From Azolla caroliniana (taxonomy: Eukaryota; Plantae; Polypodiophyta): a stretch of 64,000 nt of DNA. The DNA lies in NCBI GenBank assembly GCA_043228905.1, contig JBHGNT010000017.1:5828001-5892000 (forward strand), given 5' to 3'. The notes under the pieces are model-generated. The model saw nothing but the letters and a program-made list of their open reading frames with translations, was not told the DNA's origin and ran no database searches. The first letter of the stretch is position 1, and each line of letters begins with the position of its first letter. Made by a program: the position numbers and the translations under genes. Of this stretch, positions 48,201-61,525 are shown piece by piece.

Positions 48201-50985
48201 GAGAGTGGAATATGAGGGGTTGAAAAGACAAGAAGACATTGAAATATTGAAAACTATACTCGTGTTACAATACTTACATGCAATCATACATTAATGGACA
48301 CAAAAAGTCAAATAGTGTGGCCATTGGCTCATGGATGACCATTTGGTCATCCACCACCTACATATAGGTAGAAGGTTAACTTGCATAAAGAAGGTTAACT
48401 CATATAAATAAGGTTCATAATCCTATCATATACTTCTTCTCATGACCTTGGGTTAACTTTGCATAAAGCTCTCATGCTCAATAGTTAAATAAGAAATGAT
48501 TATGAATATGAATGTAGAGATGTACTCTTATGTCAATGTTTTTGCCACATAATACATCAAGAAAAAGGTTCATGTGGAAACCCCCCTTCATAACACAATT
48601 TAAGGAGTGTGTAAATTAGGTCAAGTAAAAATTGCCCTATTTGAGGAACCAACGCAAAAGCAAAAAGTGTGTACAAATGCAACCATATGTTAGGTCATGT
48701 CATCAATTAATAACCACACGTGTTAGACAAAGATTAAAATATATAGTTTGGATTCCTTAATTGGAACTAAAGAAAGACAAACTCTAAACTTGAATCAATG
48801 GAAAACATCATGGAAATTACAAGTTGAATTTCATATAGGGATAAAACTATAGTACAATGGCATTGATTCTCATCCTTGAAATGAAATGAGGAGGACTTTG
48901 CTTTATAGTAGTTGTCAATCATCATAATTATATTATGATTGACAAATACACCATTACCTTACCATCACCTCCACAACTTTACTACATGCCACAATATATT
49001 CTAGGGATTGAACACACGAGCTTCAAGATCCCCATCCGACAATCGTTTCATCGAAGTAGCAACCACATGGGTTATCTCTCTCAATTATAATAATGGAATG
49101 CTAGGGTACAACCAAATACACATTGACATCCCCATACTCCATTTGAAAGAAGACATGATGTGATACAAATTCGATCGGGATTTCAAACTTGCTCAACAAT
49201 TTCATCATCTTCCCTTGATATACATTTTACACATGGACTAAGTGCTACCATTGGACAAACACACGATTCTTTATATCAACTTCCAATAAACACAAGTGGA
49301 TGGTAAAAAGTGACAAATTTAAATTACACTATTCTAATTACATGACAGGGAAATAGTGTTAGAGTAGCATTATAATATAGTAAGTGTATTGTATGCTATG
49401 ATATCTAAAACAACAAAAGTGATTATTGATACTCTTGGAAAAGTCCCCTCACCATTAATCATTTCGAGTACATAGGGGATGTTTGTTGGCACAACATCCC
49501 AATTTCTTTTTGTCTTGGGTTCATTCATGCTAAGCCATAGTCCCACGAGTGTGCTAGGTGTTGGTCATGCAACAAGCTTTTGTAATTGAGCAGACCTTGC
49601 ATTATAAAGGGTGTAGTGTGTAATTAACCAATGATAAGCAACATGTAATCGTCATTTCCTAGAACAGTAAAAAACTAGTTGAATGAGATATTCAACGTGT
49701 GCTCATTAAAGAGGCAAATCAAAATAAATAGAGATTATATGAACATAGTGGGCATGATCACTCTACATCACCCACACCTATAAAAGCTTTGTAATGCACC
49801 CCACTTGGAAGGTCAAAAGAAGGTGATTAAGGGAACTATTGACGCAATATGACACCATATTTATAAAGACTACTTGTTAAGTGCATTACTAATCTATATT
49901 GACTCGTCTCCCCTCTCACTCTTAAATGGTTAATTCTTCAACATTGATTGTTAATTAAACCTACGCAATTAAGCACATTGCCAATTCAGTCATGTTGCGT
50001 ACAAACTCAATGTTTTATCTTACAGAAAAATGGAGTTTACATATTCAACGTAACATTGTCTTTCAAAAGGCAATGCAAATAATAGTTTTATCAATTGACA
50101 TTTCCAATTTGAGGTACAACCAACATACTATCTTTCAAATGGAATTGCTTGACTATGTTACACTATATAAAGGGCATTTTGACCATGTGTAGCTAGCTAG
50201 CTAGCTTCTTTCATACTCGTGTATACAAAGGGGAATATGCCATATTAATATCTCAACCATCCCCATCTATCATTGTAATGTACATCTCATGATCTAGACA
50301 AGGGGACACCATACACAACTTCCCCAACCTGGATGCACAATCGCAGAAAATACTAAGTTATGGAACTTCAAACGATGAAATAATGATGTACACATACTCA
50401 ATTAGGGTTTGGGGAACACCCTACACTTTCTCCTTGTATAAGTTATTGATTGCAAATAATGACACAAAATTATGGAACTTCAAAAGATGAATGGTAATGT
50501 GCTAGTAATCAAGTAGAATTCCAGCCTATGCAACATAGAAGTCACAATATTCACTATCATAAACCTAAACAACTTACTATCATACATATAAGAGAGACAT
50601 GCCTCATTGTCTACATGAGATTGTTTTTTAATGGGGCGAGCTGGGGAGGTTTGATTTCTAGCCTAGAATTTCTGCCAGGGGATGTTTTGGGGTTTAATGG
50701 GAAACTACAACACTGAAATGGTGAGGCGGTGCCTGCCTAAACTAATCCAAAATCATTACACAAATTTAGGTAAGTGTAGAATTTCCAAACAAAATGTCAT
50801 AAAAACCAAGGTACCATGCATATATAAGCACAAAGACGCTTTCATTTCATTCTAGCATAGATTTCAAAATCACATCCAATTGCGGATTGTCACAACTCTG
50901 GGATCTCACTTTTAATTCATAAGCTATTGAGAGTTTGGTTTACAGCATTTACAATATTTACAAGTATGTGCCAATCTCGACTGGT

Positions 50986-52372
50986 CTATGCTAGTTTGTA
51001 GATCGAGTGCTTTCGATCACAACCTTGAACTACAAGCCCTTGGTCATGCGCGTAAATGTTGGTAACCAGTTCACCATCTTCAGGCTCGGGCAATTGTTTG
51101 GCTTTCATTAATGCGTCACCAACATGTTGTTTGATTTCTTTGTTGATTGTCTTAAGCTCCTCTTCTGAAAACACATCTTCCTGATAACATGAATCTGTTT
51201 TAGAAACTTAACACTGACTCCGTTCAGATAACTTTATGAGAAAAACACAATACCTTCAAGATAATCTTTCGCAAGTGATCAATCGGGTCTCTGGCTTGCC
51301 GAACACTCTTGATTTCATCACGAGACCGATACGAACTGCCAGGGTCCGACATACTGTGACCATGATACCGGTATGTATCACATTCGATCACTATTGGGCC
51401 CTGAAGACATGCAAAGAGTTTTTTTAAAAGAAAAATTCAGAGCTGACAGTTCGAAGTTTGACATGATCACTGTGGGCTCTAGAAACTATGTTTGACTAGT
51501 TTGGCCTTGATATTCGAGGTAAAAAAGATGAGTTTTCTTTCTGTCACATATACAGCATACACATACAAATGGTTAATGCAAATGAGAGACCACGGGAAAT
51601 GATTTATCAACAGTTTGGAATAACAAATAGACAATAAACTAGAAGGAAACAATACTAAAAACCCAAAGAAACAAATGTCTGGGACAATAATAAATGATAA
51701 ACTTGAAGGCAATGCAGAAGGAAATTTATAGGATTATGGAGCTACTACAATCTTGAGATATGTTACTGAGGGAGAAACTGTATTTTTGCATATAATGTTT
51801 TCAGTGGAAGAATATGGGAAATGGCAAGTTAGTTTTTCACACTTGAGTTTATATAATCAAAGAGATTGCAAGTTTAATAAACAGGACAATGCATGTGGCA
51901 TAAAATATTTCAACAGGAGAATACTATAAACGAGATTCTTCAAGAATGTTATAGTGGAATTTTCTTGCCTTTCCTCCTAAACAATGTTCTTTGCAGAAGA
52001 GCACGCCTTCTTTCACTGCAAAAATATCCATCCCATCAACCTGTTGATTACATCAATCCCATTATTTCTCAGGCAACCAATTCTAGTTTGAACATCAGAT
52101 TGCTTTAGCCACCTTTATCCCTGGTAAGTAAGAAACTCGATCAAAGTATGTTGTCTTTTTTGATGCTCTCCATTCCGCAGTTCCCATGCCATACTGATTA
52201 ATGATAATAATAATAAAAATAATAAAGACATCTTATCAATTCCGAATTGACTTCAAGCTATGGAAATGGATATACATGATAGATCATACATGGTTGTTTT
52301 CTATCAACAGAATAAGGGGAAGATTCCACAAAGCTGCCATATTCTTAATCTCGTATACTTGACCCTGCCAGG

Positions 52373-52411
<39 letters not shown>

Positions 52412-52891
52412 GGTGAAAACACACAATTATATTAATAAATGTGTGTGAAAAACACTACTTACAATACGTGTGACAATGGAGTATGGTCACACACTAACCA
52501 CACTACACTACATGGGTAGTGGAACATGTTGAATTGCCAATAGGCAAGACGAACACTCCACCGAGGAAAGAATTTCCACCACTTGTTCCGATAAAGAAAA
52601 TTGCCACATTAGTACTCCCTTTAACTTTCATAGATATGCTTTCACTCCATGTCTACCATTGAATACAAAAGCGTTGCGCATGTTCCAATTATGACGCAAT
52701 CCCCAATATCTCAAAAATAGGAAAACAATCTCCATCTCTGATTTTGGGTCAGCCTGTGTAAATTGTGCAAACACCCATTGTCTAGGTGTCAAATAACTCC
52801 GTGATAAAACTTGCCAAATTTGAGAAATGTAACTCCAAATTTGACAAGCAATTGGACATTGTATAAATCGATGAGTACTATCTTCTATCTG

Positions 52892-52942
<51 letters not shown>

Positions 52943-54842
52943 AAACAAGAAATTTTCCTCGACCGAAGGCTTGACACATGTGAAACAACTAACTATGCAT
53001 GAAGGGCGAGAGACTCATGACTGACGTGCTTCTTGGATATACATGAAATCTTTTGGGTATAAGGGGCTATTGAATTGCATGAAAATAGTTCAAAATGGTA
53101 AAGCTACAACAAGAAACAAATCATTCCCTAGGCACACAATTCCTGAAGTGGATTGGCCCACTGCCTAAAGAATGGATACACACTTTATGCAAATCAGTCA
53201 ATAGCATAGGATAAATTATTCAGCACAACGTGGTCTTAATTTATGAGAAAGAACAGCTTACAATCGAAAGGAAAAGATAAGAAAACCAAAATGATTTTGA
53301 AGAAGAGTACTTTAACTATTGTATGGAAGGATAAAAAAAGGCTTGCCTGATTATCTGCCCCATCTCCACAGATTGCAACAGCCACATTTTCTTGTTTCGA
53401 ACATTTCAGGGCCAAAGCAAGTCCAGCTCCAAGAGGCGGTGTAGTGCCTACGATGCCCCAGCCACCAAAGAAATTGTTTTCCCTCTTGTAAAGATGCATG
53501 GAACCTCCTTTCCCACCAGAACATCCTGCCTTCTTACCCATGAGTTCAGCAAACACTTCCTAAAACAAAAATGCAATAACATTCTTAATACAAACAAACA
53601 CACTGCTCAATCTTATAAAAAGATGTAGAATTTAAAAGAGAAAGTATGTATATCACTACACAGATTCCACAGTAACTTTACCCTATAAGATCAAAACATA
53701 CAGATACTAAGAAAAAAAACATACAAATACAGAGCCACCTCTCGCCAGAAAAATTCCATGGTCTCTGTACGCTGTTATCACTGGATCCTGCATAGTGAGA
53801 GCAGCCTTCAAACCTGCTGCCACTGCCTCCTGCCCATCATAGAGGTGGCAAAATCCTCTAACCTTCTGAGACTTAAATAACTAGAGAAAATGACGGACAA
53901 TTATCAGCAAAAGAGAATTCTAGGATAAATGTTTTAAAGAACAAAATAATAATGGTCTTTTAACCGAATCAGATTCTGCAGAGGAGTTTAACTGTCAACT
54001 TCTGCAAAAACAAATAGCAAGTGAAAGAAATGCAACGCTTTGCCATTACAAAGGAGAAGTATCAAATAAAGTTCTGGATATAAATTTGTTCTTTTTCTGT
54101 TTTTAGATATGCTTATATGTAAGAGAGATTGAGAAAAAGCACGCTTTCTTATTAACAAAATTATCCATGTATCCTTTGTCAAAGCTGAGAATACTAATCA
54201 CATCAAGTTAAAGAGTGAATCCACAAATTATACCCTGGATGCGTAATTAGGAAATGGTTCTAGTTAATTAAAAGAGCACCACAGGTGAATAGGATGTCCG
54301 ACATTGGTAATATAGATAATGCTGGAAATAAGCCAGCATAAATTTATGATTTTCTCATAGGTATAAGCATATTTAGGTGAATCTCACTTGTTTTTTTTTG
54401 TGTGTGCGATGTTGAAGGGCACCATTGAAGCATAGAAGTCACGAAATGGGAAAAAACCAAATATGGAATCTGTAAGAAGATTATGATCTTGTACCTGGTC
54501 TGCGCTAATCTCCATGATTCGGATAGTAACCATATCTGTATACATTTGAAGCAATTCCTCTTTATGAGTGAGGGAGGTCGAAGACGGGGGTCCATTGGGC
54601 AGGAGATGTGTGGAGAAAGGAATCTGTATCTGCACACGATACTCATGATCTGTCGTGTTGGTAGTAGGCGAATATACTGATGATGAGGATGAGGATGAGG
54701 ATGAAGATGAGGAGGAGAAAGATTTCGATCTGAAGCTGAAGTGGTGACGAAGGCGATGGCAGGAATTGAAGAGAAGCAGGGGTTTCTGCAGGGTTAGTCT
54801 CTTCGTGGATGGAAGAGACAGTCTTGATGAGAAGCTGGGCAT
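50986..54842 (-). CDS. PDHA: Mitochondrial pyruvate dehydrogenase E1 alpha subunit (divergent), 8 exons
   Basis: Ser/Arg-rich presequence; [33 protein letters not shown]|GQ, ENNH|[23 protein letters not shown]. Exons approx 54495-54842, 53725-53880, 53347-53559, 52290-52364, 52113-52193, 51969-52040, 51254-51400, 50986-51181. Confidence 0.93.
52408..52892 (-). mobile_element. 5'-truncated LINE 3' end inside a (GA)n tract in a PDH intron
   Basis: [34 protein letters not shown], close to 2956-3676. (CT)n on both sides (52377-52408, 52893-52940). Confidence 0.85.
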
Positions 54843-54944
54843 GGCGGAGAGATGTCGGCGTTTCTTCTCTTCTCTTCTCTTCTCTTCTCTGTGTTTCTGT
54901 GTTTCTTCTGATCTGTTGGCAGAGGAGGAGGAGGAGACACACAG

Positions 54945-57900
54945 AGATTCGAATGGAAGGAGAAGCTGAAGGTTTCTAAACTTGAATGGCGGTTTCACAC
55001 TTGGCTCATCCAAGAAAAAGCCTTTTGTCCGGACAAAAGGAATGGCTAACTGGCCATCTGCCCGGACAAAGATCCGGGTTCCTTCCAGCCCCACAGATTC
55101 GAATGGAAGGAGAAGCTGAAGGTTTCTAAACTTGAATGGCGGTTTCACACTTGGCTCATCCAAGAAAAAGCCTTTTGTCCGGACAAAAGGAATGGCTAAC
55201 TGGCCATCTGCCCGGACAAAGATCCGGGTTCCTTCCAGCCCCACAGATTCGAATGGAAGGAGAAGCTGAAGGTTTCTAAACTTGAATGGCGGTTTCACAC
55301 TTGGCTCATCCAAGAAAAAGCCTTTTGTCCGGACAAAAGGAATGGCTAACTGGCCATCTGCCCGGACAAAGATCCGGGTTCCTTCCAGCCCCACAGATTC
55401 GAATGGAAGGAGAAGCTGAAGGTTTCTAAACTTGAATGGCGGTTTCACACTTGGCTCATCCAAGAAAAAGCCTTTTGTCCGGACAAAAGGAATGGCTAAC
55501 TGGCCATCTGCCCGGACAAAGATCCGGGTTCCTTCCAGCCCCACAGATTCGAATGGAAGGAGAAGCTGAAGGTTTCTAAACTTGAATGGCGGTTTCACAC
55601 TTGGCTCATCCAAGAAAAAGCCTTTTGTCCGGACAAAAGGAATGGCTAACTGGCCATCTGCCCGGACAAAGATCCGGGTTCCTTCCAGCCCCACAGATTC
55701 GAATGGAAGGAGAAGCTGAAGGTTTCTAAACTTGAATGGCGGTTTCACACTTGGCTCATCCAAGAAAAAGCCTTTTGTCCGGACAAAAGGAATGGCTAAC
55801 TGGCCATCTGCCCGGACAAAGATCCGGGTTCCTTCCAGCCCCACAGATTCGAATGGAAGGAGAAGCTGAAGGTTTCTAAACTTGAATGGCGGTTTCACAC
55901 TTGGCTCATCCAAGAAAAAGCCTTTTGTCCGGACAAAAGGAATGGCTAACTGGCCATCTGCCCGGACAAAGATCCGGGTTCCTTCCAGCCCCACAGATTC
56001 GAATGGAAGGAGAAGCTGAAGGTTTCTAAACTTGAATGGCGGTTTCACACTTGGCTCATCCAAGAAAAAGCCTTTTGTCCGGACAAAAGGAATGGCTAAC
56101 TGGCCATCTGCCCGGACAAAGATCCGGGTTCCTTCCAGCCCCACAGATTCGAATGGAAGGAGAAGCTGAAGGTTTCTAAACTTGAATGGCGGTTTCACAC
56201 TTGGCTCATCCAAGAAAAAGCCTTTTGTCCGGACAAAAGGAATGGCTAACTGGCCATCTGCCCGGACAAAGATCCGGGTTCCTTCCAGCCCCACAGATTC
56301 GAATGGAAGGAGAAGCTGAAGGTTTCTAAACTTGAATGGCGGTTTCACACTTGGCTCATCCAAGAAAAAGCCTTTTGTCCGGACAAAAGGAATGGCTAAC
56401 TGGCCATCTGCCCGGACAAAGATCCGGGTTCCTTCCAGCCCCACAGATTCGAATGGAAGGAGAAGCTGAAGGTTTCTAAACTTGAATGGCGGTTTCACAC
56501 TTGGCTCATCCAAGAAAAAGCCTTTTGTCCGGACAAAAGGAATGGCTAACTGGCCATCTGCCCGGACAAAGATCCGGGTTCCTTCCAGCCCCACAGATTC
56601 GAATGGAAGGAGAAGCTGAAGGTTTCTAAACTTGAATGGCGGTTTCACACTTGGCTCATCCAAGAAAAAGCCTTTTGTCCGGACAAAAGGAATGGCTAAC
56701 TGGCCATCTGCCCGGACAAAGATCCGGGTTCCTTCCAGCCCCACAGATTCGAATGGAAGGAGAAGCTGAAGGTTTCTAAACTTGAATGGCGGTTTCACAC
56801 TTGGCTCATCCAAGAAAAAGCCTTTTGTCCGGACAAAAGGAATGGCTAACTGGCCATCTGCCCGGACAAAGATCCGGGTTCCTTCCAGCCCCACAGATTC
56901 GAATGGAAGGAGAAGCTGAAGGTTTCTAAACTTGAATGGCGGTTTCACACTTGGCTCATCCAAGAAAAAGCCTTTTGTCCGGACAAAAGGAATGGCTAAC
57001 TGGCCATCTGCCCGGACAAAGATCCGGGTTCCTTCCAGCCCCACAGATTCGAATGGAAGGAGAAGCTGAAGGTTTCTAAACTTGAATGGCGGTTTCACAC
57101 TTGGCTCATCCAAGAAAAAGCCTTTTGTCCGGACAAAAGGAATGGCTAACTGGCCATCTGCCCGGACAAAGATCCGGGTTCCTTCCAGCCCCACAGATTC
57201 GAATGGAAGGAGAAGCTGAAGGTTTCTAAACTTGAATGGCGGTTTCACACTTGGCTCATCCAAGAAAAAGCCTTTTGTCCGGACAAAAGGAATGGCTAAC
57301 TGGCCATCTGCCCGGACAAAGATCCGGGTTCCTTCCAGCCCCACAGATTCGAATGGAAGGAGAAGCTGAAGGTTTCTAAACTTGAATGGCGGTTTCACAC
57401 TTGGCTCATCCAAGAAAAAGCCTTTTGTCCGGACAAAAGGAATGGCTAACTGGCCATCTGCCCGGACAAAGATCCGGGTTCCTTCCAGCCCCACAGATTC
57501 GAATGGAAGGAGAAGCTGAAGGTTTCTAAACTTGAATGGCGGTTTCACACTTGGCTCATCCAAGAAAAAGCCTTTTGTCCGGACAAAAGGAATGGCTAAC
57601 TGGCCATCTGCCCGGACAAAGATCCGGGTTCCTTCCAGCCCCACAGATTCGAATGGAAGGAGAAGCTGAAGGTTTCTAAACTTGAATGGCGGTTTCACAC
57701 TTGGCTCATCCAAGAAAAAGCCTTTTGTCCGGACAAAAGGAATGGCTAACTGGCCATCTGCCCGGACAAAGATCCGGGTTCCTTCCAGCCCCACAGATTC
57801 GAATGGAAGGAGAAGCTGAAGGTTTCTAAACTTGAATGGCGGTTTCACACTTGGCTCATCCAAGAAAAAGCCTTTTGTCCGGACAAAAGGAATGGCTAAC

Positions 57901-58960
57901 TGGCCATCTGCCCGGACAAAGATCCGGGTTCCTTCCAGCCCCACAGATTCGAATGGAAGGAGAAGCTGAAGGTTTCTAAACTTGAATGGCGGTTTCACAC
58001 TTGGCTCATCCAAGAAAAAGCCTTTTGTCCGGACAAAAGGAATGGCTAACTGGCCATCTGCCCGGACAAAGATCCGGGTTCCTTCCAGCCCCACAGATTC
58101 GAATGGAAGGAGAAGCTGAAGGTTTCTAAACTTGAATGGCGGTTTCACACTTGGCTCATCCAAGAAAAAGCCTTTTGTCCGGACAAAAGGAATGGCTAAC
58201 TGGCCATCTGCCCGGACAAAGATCCGGGTTCCTTCCAGCCCCACAGATTCGAATGGAAGGAGAAGCTGAAGGTTTCTAAACTTGAATGGCGGTTTCACAC
58301 TTGGCTCATCCAAGAAAAAGCCTTTTGTCCGGACAAAAGGAATGGCTAACTGGCCATCTGCCCGGACAAAGATCCGGGTTCCTTCCAGCCCCACAGATTC
58401 GAATGGAAGGAGAAGCTGAAGGTTTCTAAACTTGAATGGCGGTTTCACACTTGGCTCATCCAAGAAAAAGCCTTTTGTCCGGACAAAAGGAATGGCTAAC
58501 TGGCCATCTGCCCGGACAAAGATCCGGGTTCCTTCCAGCCCCACAGATTCGAATGGAAGGAGAAGCTGAAGGTTTCTAAACTTGAATGGCGGTTTCACAC
58601 TTGGCTCATCCAAGAAAAAGCCTTTTGTCCGGACAAAAGGAATGGCTAACTGGCCATCTGCCCGGACAAAGATCCGGGTTCCTTCCAGCCCCACAGATTC
58701 GAATGGAAGGAGAAGCTGAAGGTTTCTAAACTTGAATGGCGGTTTCACACTTGGCTCATCCAAGAAAAAGCCTTTTGTCCGGACAAAAGGAATGGCTAAC
58801 TGGCCATCTGCCCGGACAAAGATCCGGGTTCCTTCCAGCCCCACAGATTCGAATGGAAGGAGAAGCTGAAGGTTTCTAAACTTGAATGGCGGTTTCACAC
58901 TTGGCTCATCCAAGAAAAAGCCTTTTGTCCGGACAAAGATCCGGGTTCCTTCCAGCCCCA
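54945..58960. repeat. Tandem array of 26 identical 150-bp units plus one internally deleted terminal unit
   Basis: Exact 150-bp period. The last unit lacks 33 bp between two ccggacaaa motifs. Followed by a C17 tract. Confidence 0.98.
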
Positions 58961-59129
58961 GAGACCCCCCCCCCCCCCCCCTTCATGCAATACATGCACA
59001 TATGTGATGTTCCAAACACTTTCCAATATATGTGTGCCATGTTCTTCTCATATACATAATATGGTGTCTCTTCCTCAACGTTCTATTATTGCATATACCA
59101 ACAGTAAATTTGCAAACAATATTCATAGC

Positions 59130-59870
59130 CTTCGGAGGAATTCTGTGAGTTCATCGAAGAAGTAGTCTCCGCTATCATCAAATATGAGGCAATGGATCTT
59201 CTATTCGATCTCTTTTTCCACTATAGGCTTCATGAATACACTAAAGTATGTGAAAAATTATATCCTATTTATGGTAGGCAGGTGTACACATGGGGAAGAT
59301 TGGCTAAGGAAATTCAAAACTATGAAAAGGAGTATGGTGAGTTCCTTCTCCTCTCCGATGGGAGACATGTATTGGAGATCTCGGATATTACATCAGATCG
59401 TTGTTTGGAAGAGGGTATGGTATGGTCTATGATATCTTCTCTAGTCGTTTGGGTATTGTGGAAGGCTAGATGTAAATGTGTATTTCAGAAAGTTAAACAA
59501 AATGCGGTTGACTTAGTCAAAGAGGTATGGTTAATGCTCGTACACACTTTAAGAGGTCAATATGATGCAATAACTGGTGAGCCTAAGGTTGTGATTTGTA
59601 GACAACAACAGTTTCAAGAAATTTGGAAAAACGCTGAGGTTTTCATCTCTTTTGGAGAAAGAATAAAGTGGAGATATGCTCCACCAAGATGGCTTTTTCC
59701 ACCCCCCATCTTGGAACAACTTCCATGAGGGCTTGTGATACTTGGCATTCTGGTTGATGTGGATATAACGGTTGTAATATATTGTATGAATTCGTTGTAG
59801 CCTTTTGGCATCTTTCCATTAATACCAAGGTGAACCTTCTTTAATAAAAAAGAAAAAAAGAAAAAAGAAG
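59130..59870 (+). mobile_element. LINE 3' fragment with A-rich tail
   Basis: VVWVLWKARCKCVF..RYAPPRWLFPPP ORF end, followed by aataaaaaagaaaaaaagaaaaaag. Confidence 0.7.
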
Positions 59871-59899
59871 TATGTGAAAACTTCATTATTTTGTTGCAT

Positions 59900-60450
59900 A
59901 GAATACAATACACAAGTATGACAAGAGTGATCTTCAATGGAGGTGACATATTATCTACATCCGTCAAATGTTGTAGATTTAGTGAGTTTTGTCCAAGTGA
60001 ATGACATCTACGACGTCATTGCATCAATTCCACTCTTGTGGAAGTGGATGACAATGTTTCTTCTCGGATTGGCATGCTTCATTGATTTTCTTTGAAAATT
60101 GGGAGTTCGTTGGCAACTCCCTTTGATTGCATGTTCCGAAATTTTGTAGGTTAACTTGGCCGATTCTCTTGTGCCACATCTCAATGTTCTGAAATGTCCT
60201 TTCTTCCTTTTGAGTACATGGCAAGTTTTATCTTTTCATCATCTTAAATGAACATCCACCCTCCTCCCAAGCCAAATATGTATGTCATTTGCCTTTTAGG
60301 TTCTCAATGAAAAAATTGTGTGTTGAATTGGACTTACCTTATTCCATTATTATCTAATGGGCACACTATTTTTGGTGATAATGCCAACATGAAATACATT
60401 ATTGATGCATTTTCTATGCCTTGAGTGACCATCCTGATGTCTCTGACAAA
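59900..60450 (-). mobile_element. Copia GAG-pre-integrase relic
   Basis: MWHKRIGQVN..EACQSEKKHCHP matches WHxRLGH..CxxCxxGKxHRxPF. Confidence 0.6.
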
Positions 60451-61525
60451 TTGATCTATTTGAGATTAACTAGGGTTGACCCTTTTCATACATTATGGTT
60501 GTACAAATGCATGAACTATATATGCCATCACAACCTCACATTTGTCAAGACTCTACACAACTCATAAGGGACTTTACAATATACGTTTGCAATCTACAAA
60601 TTTGGAATCATTCACCCTTGACAAACCATGCTCTTTGTTTGAATATGATTGGATTTCTTTGAGCCATAAATACAAACCCTATTTCACAAAGCCCACAAAT
60701 AATAATGTCCTTTAAGAAATGTTTGGAAGAATACCTTCTACCATAATGTATCGTTTGACTTTGTAAACTTCTAATAATTTATTATAAAATCAAGCTAAAA
60801 AAAACATGCTCACAATAGAGAATAGGTTTCCAATGGAGCCGAAAGACAACAATTAGCCTTCACCAAACAATGGTCGTCCTCTACCTTTCTCGAGTCTAGG
60901 ATTATAAGATGGAAAGATCGAGTCCCTTCAATGATTTGAATATAACATTCTTAGTTATAAAATTTTATAATTTATAACTAATGGAAGGGGTATTGTTTTG
61001 GAAAAAAATAAAAATAAAAGTGTAGTTTGCAATGGTTCCCCTTAAAAATGTATATTGGAAATGTATTACAAGAAACAAATGTATATAATATACCTATTCA
61101 AATGGTAGGATGGACCATCCTCCTATGACACAAAGTTACATTAAACAGTATCTATACATCCATAGAAAATAATACAATGGCGATAGCATAAAAGACCACT
61201 TTCACAACATAATCATCAACTAAACAAGAGCGGAAGATTTACTAACCTACAAAACTAGATCATCAAATATAATAAAAAATTTATATAGAAAAATCTCAAA
61301 ACATAAACATTTGTCCTGATCAAAACACAATCCATAACATAGTATTATATGGTATGGTTATACGTAAAACACTATCCATAACATAGTATATGGTATGGTT
61401 CCCGGGGGAGAGCAAAACTCATCCCTTCCTGTATACTCTTGAAATTTTGTAAAAAAAGATCCAAGATTATCATCGAGCATCATCAACTTTAAGCATATAT
61501 ATGTATATGCGTATATATATACGTA

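Noticed and set aside
54384-58913. 1509-aa ORF as a genuine repeat protein
   Set aside because: It starts at TTG with no in-frame ATG until the PDH presequence and ends inside PDH intron 1. It is open only because a stop-free 150-bp unit repeats. Kept only as a testable possibility.
54945-58960. CRISPR-like array (palindromic repeats at regular spacing)
   Set aside because: The intervening sequences are identical rather than unique spacers; eukaryotic context; no cas genes.
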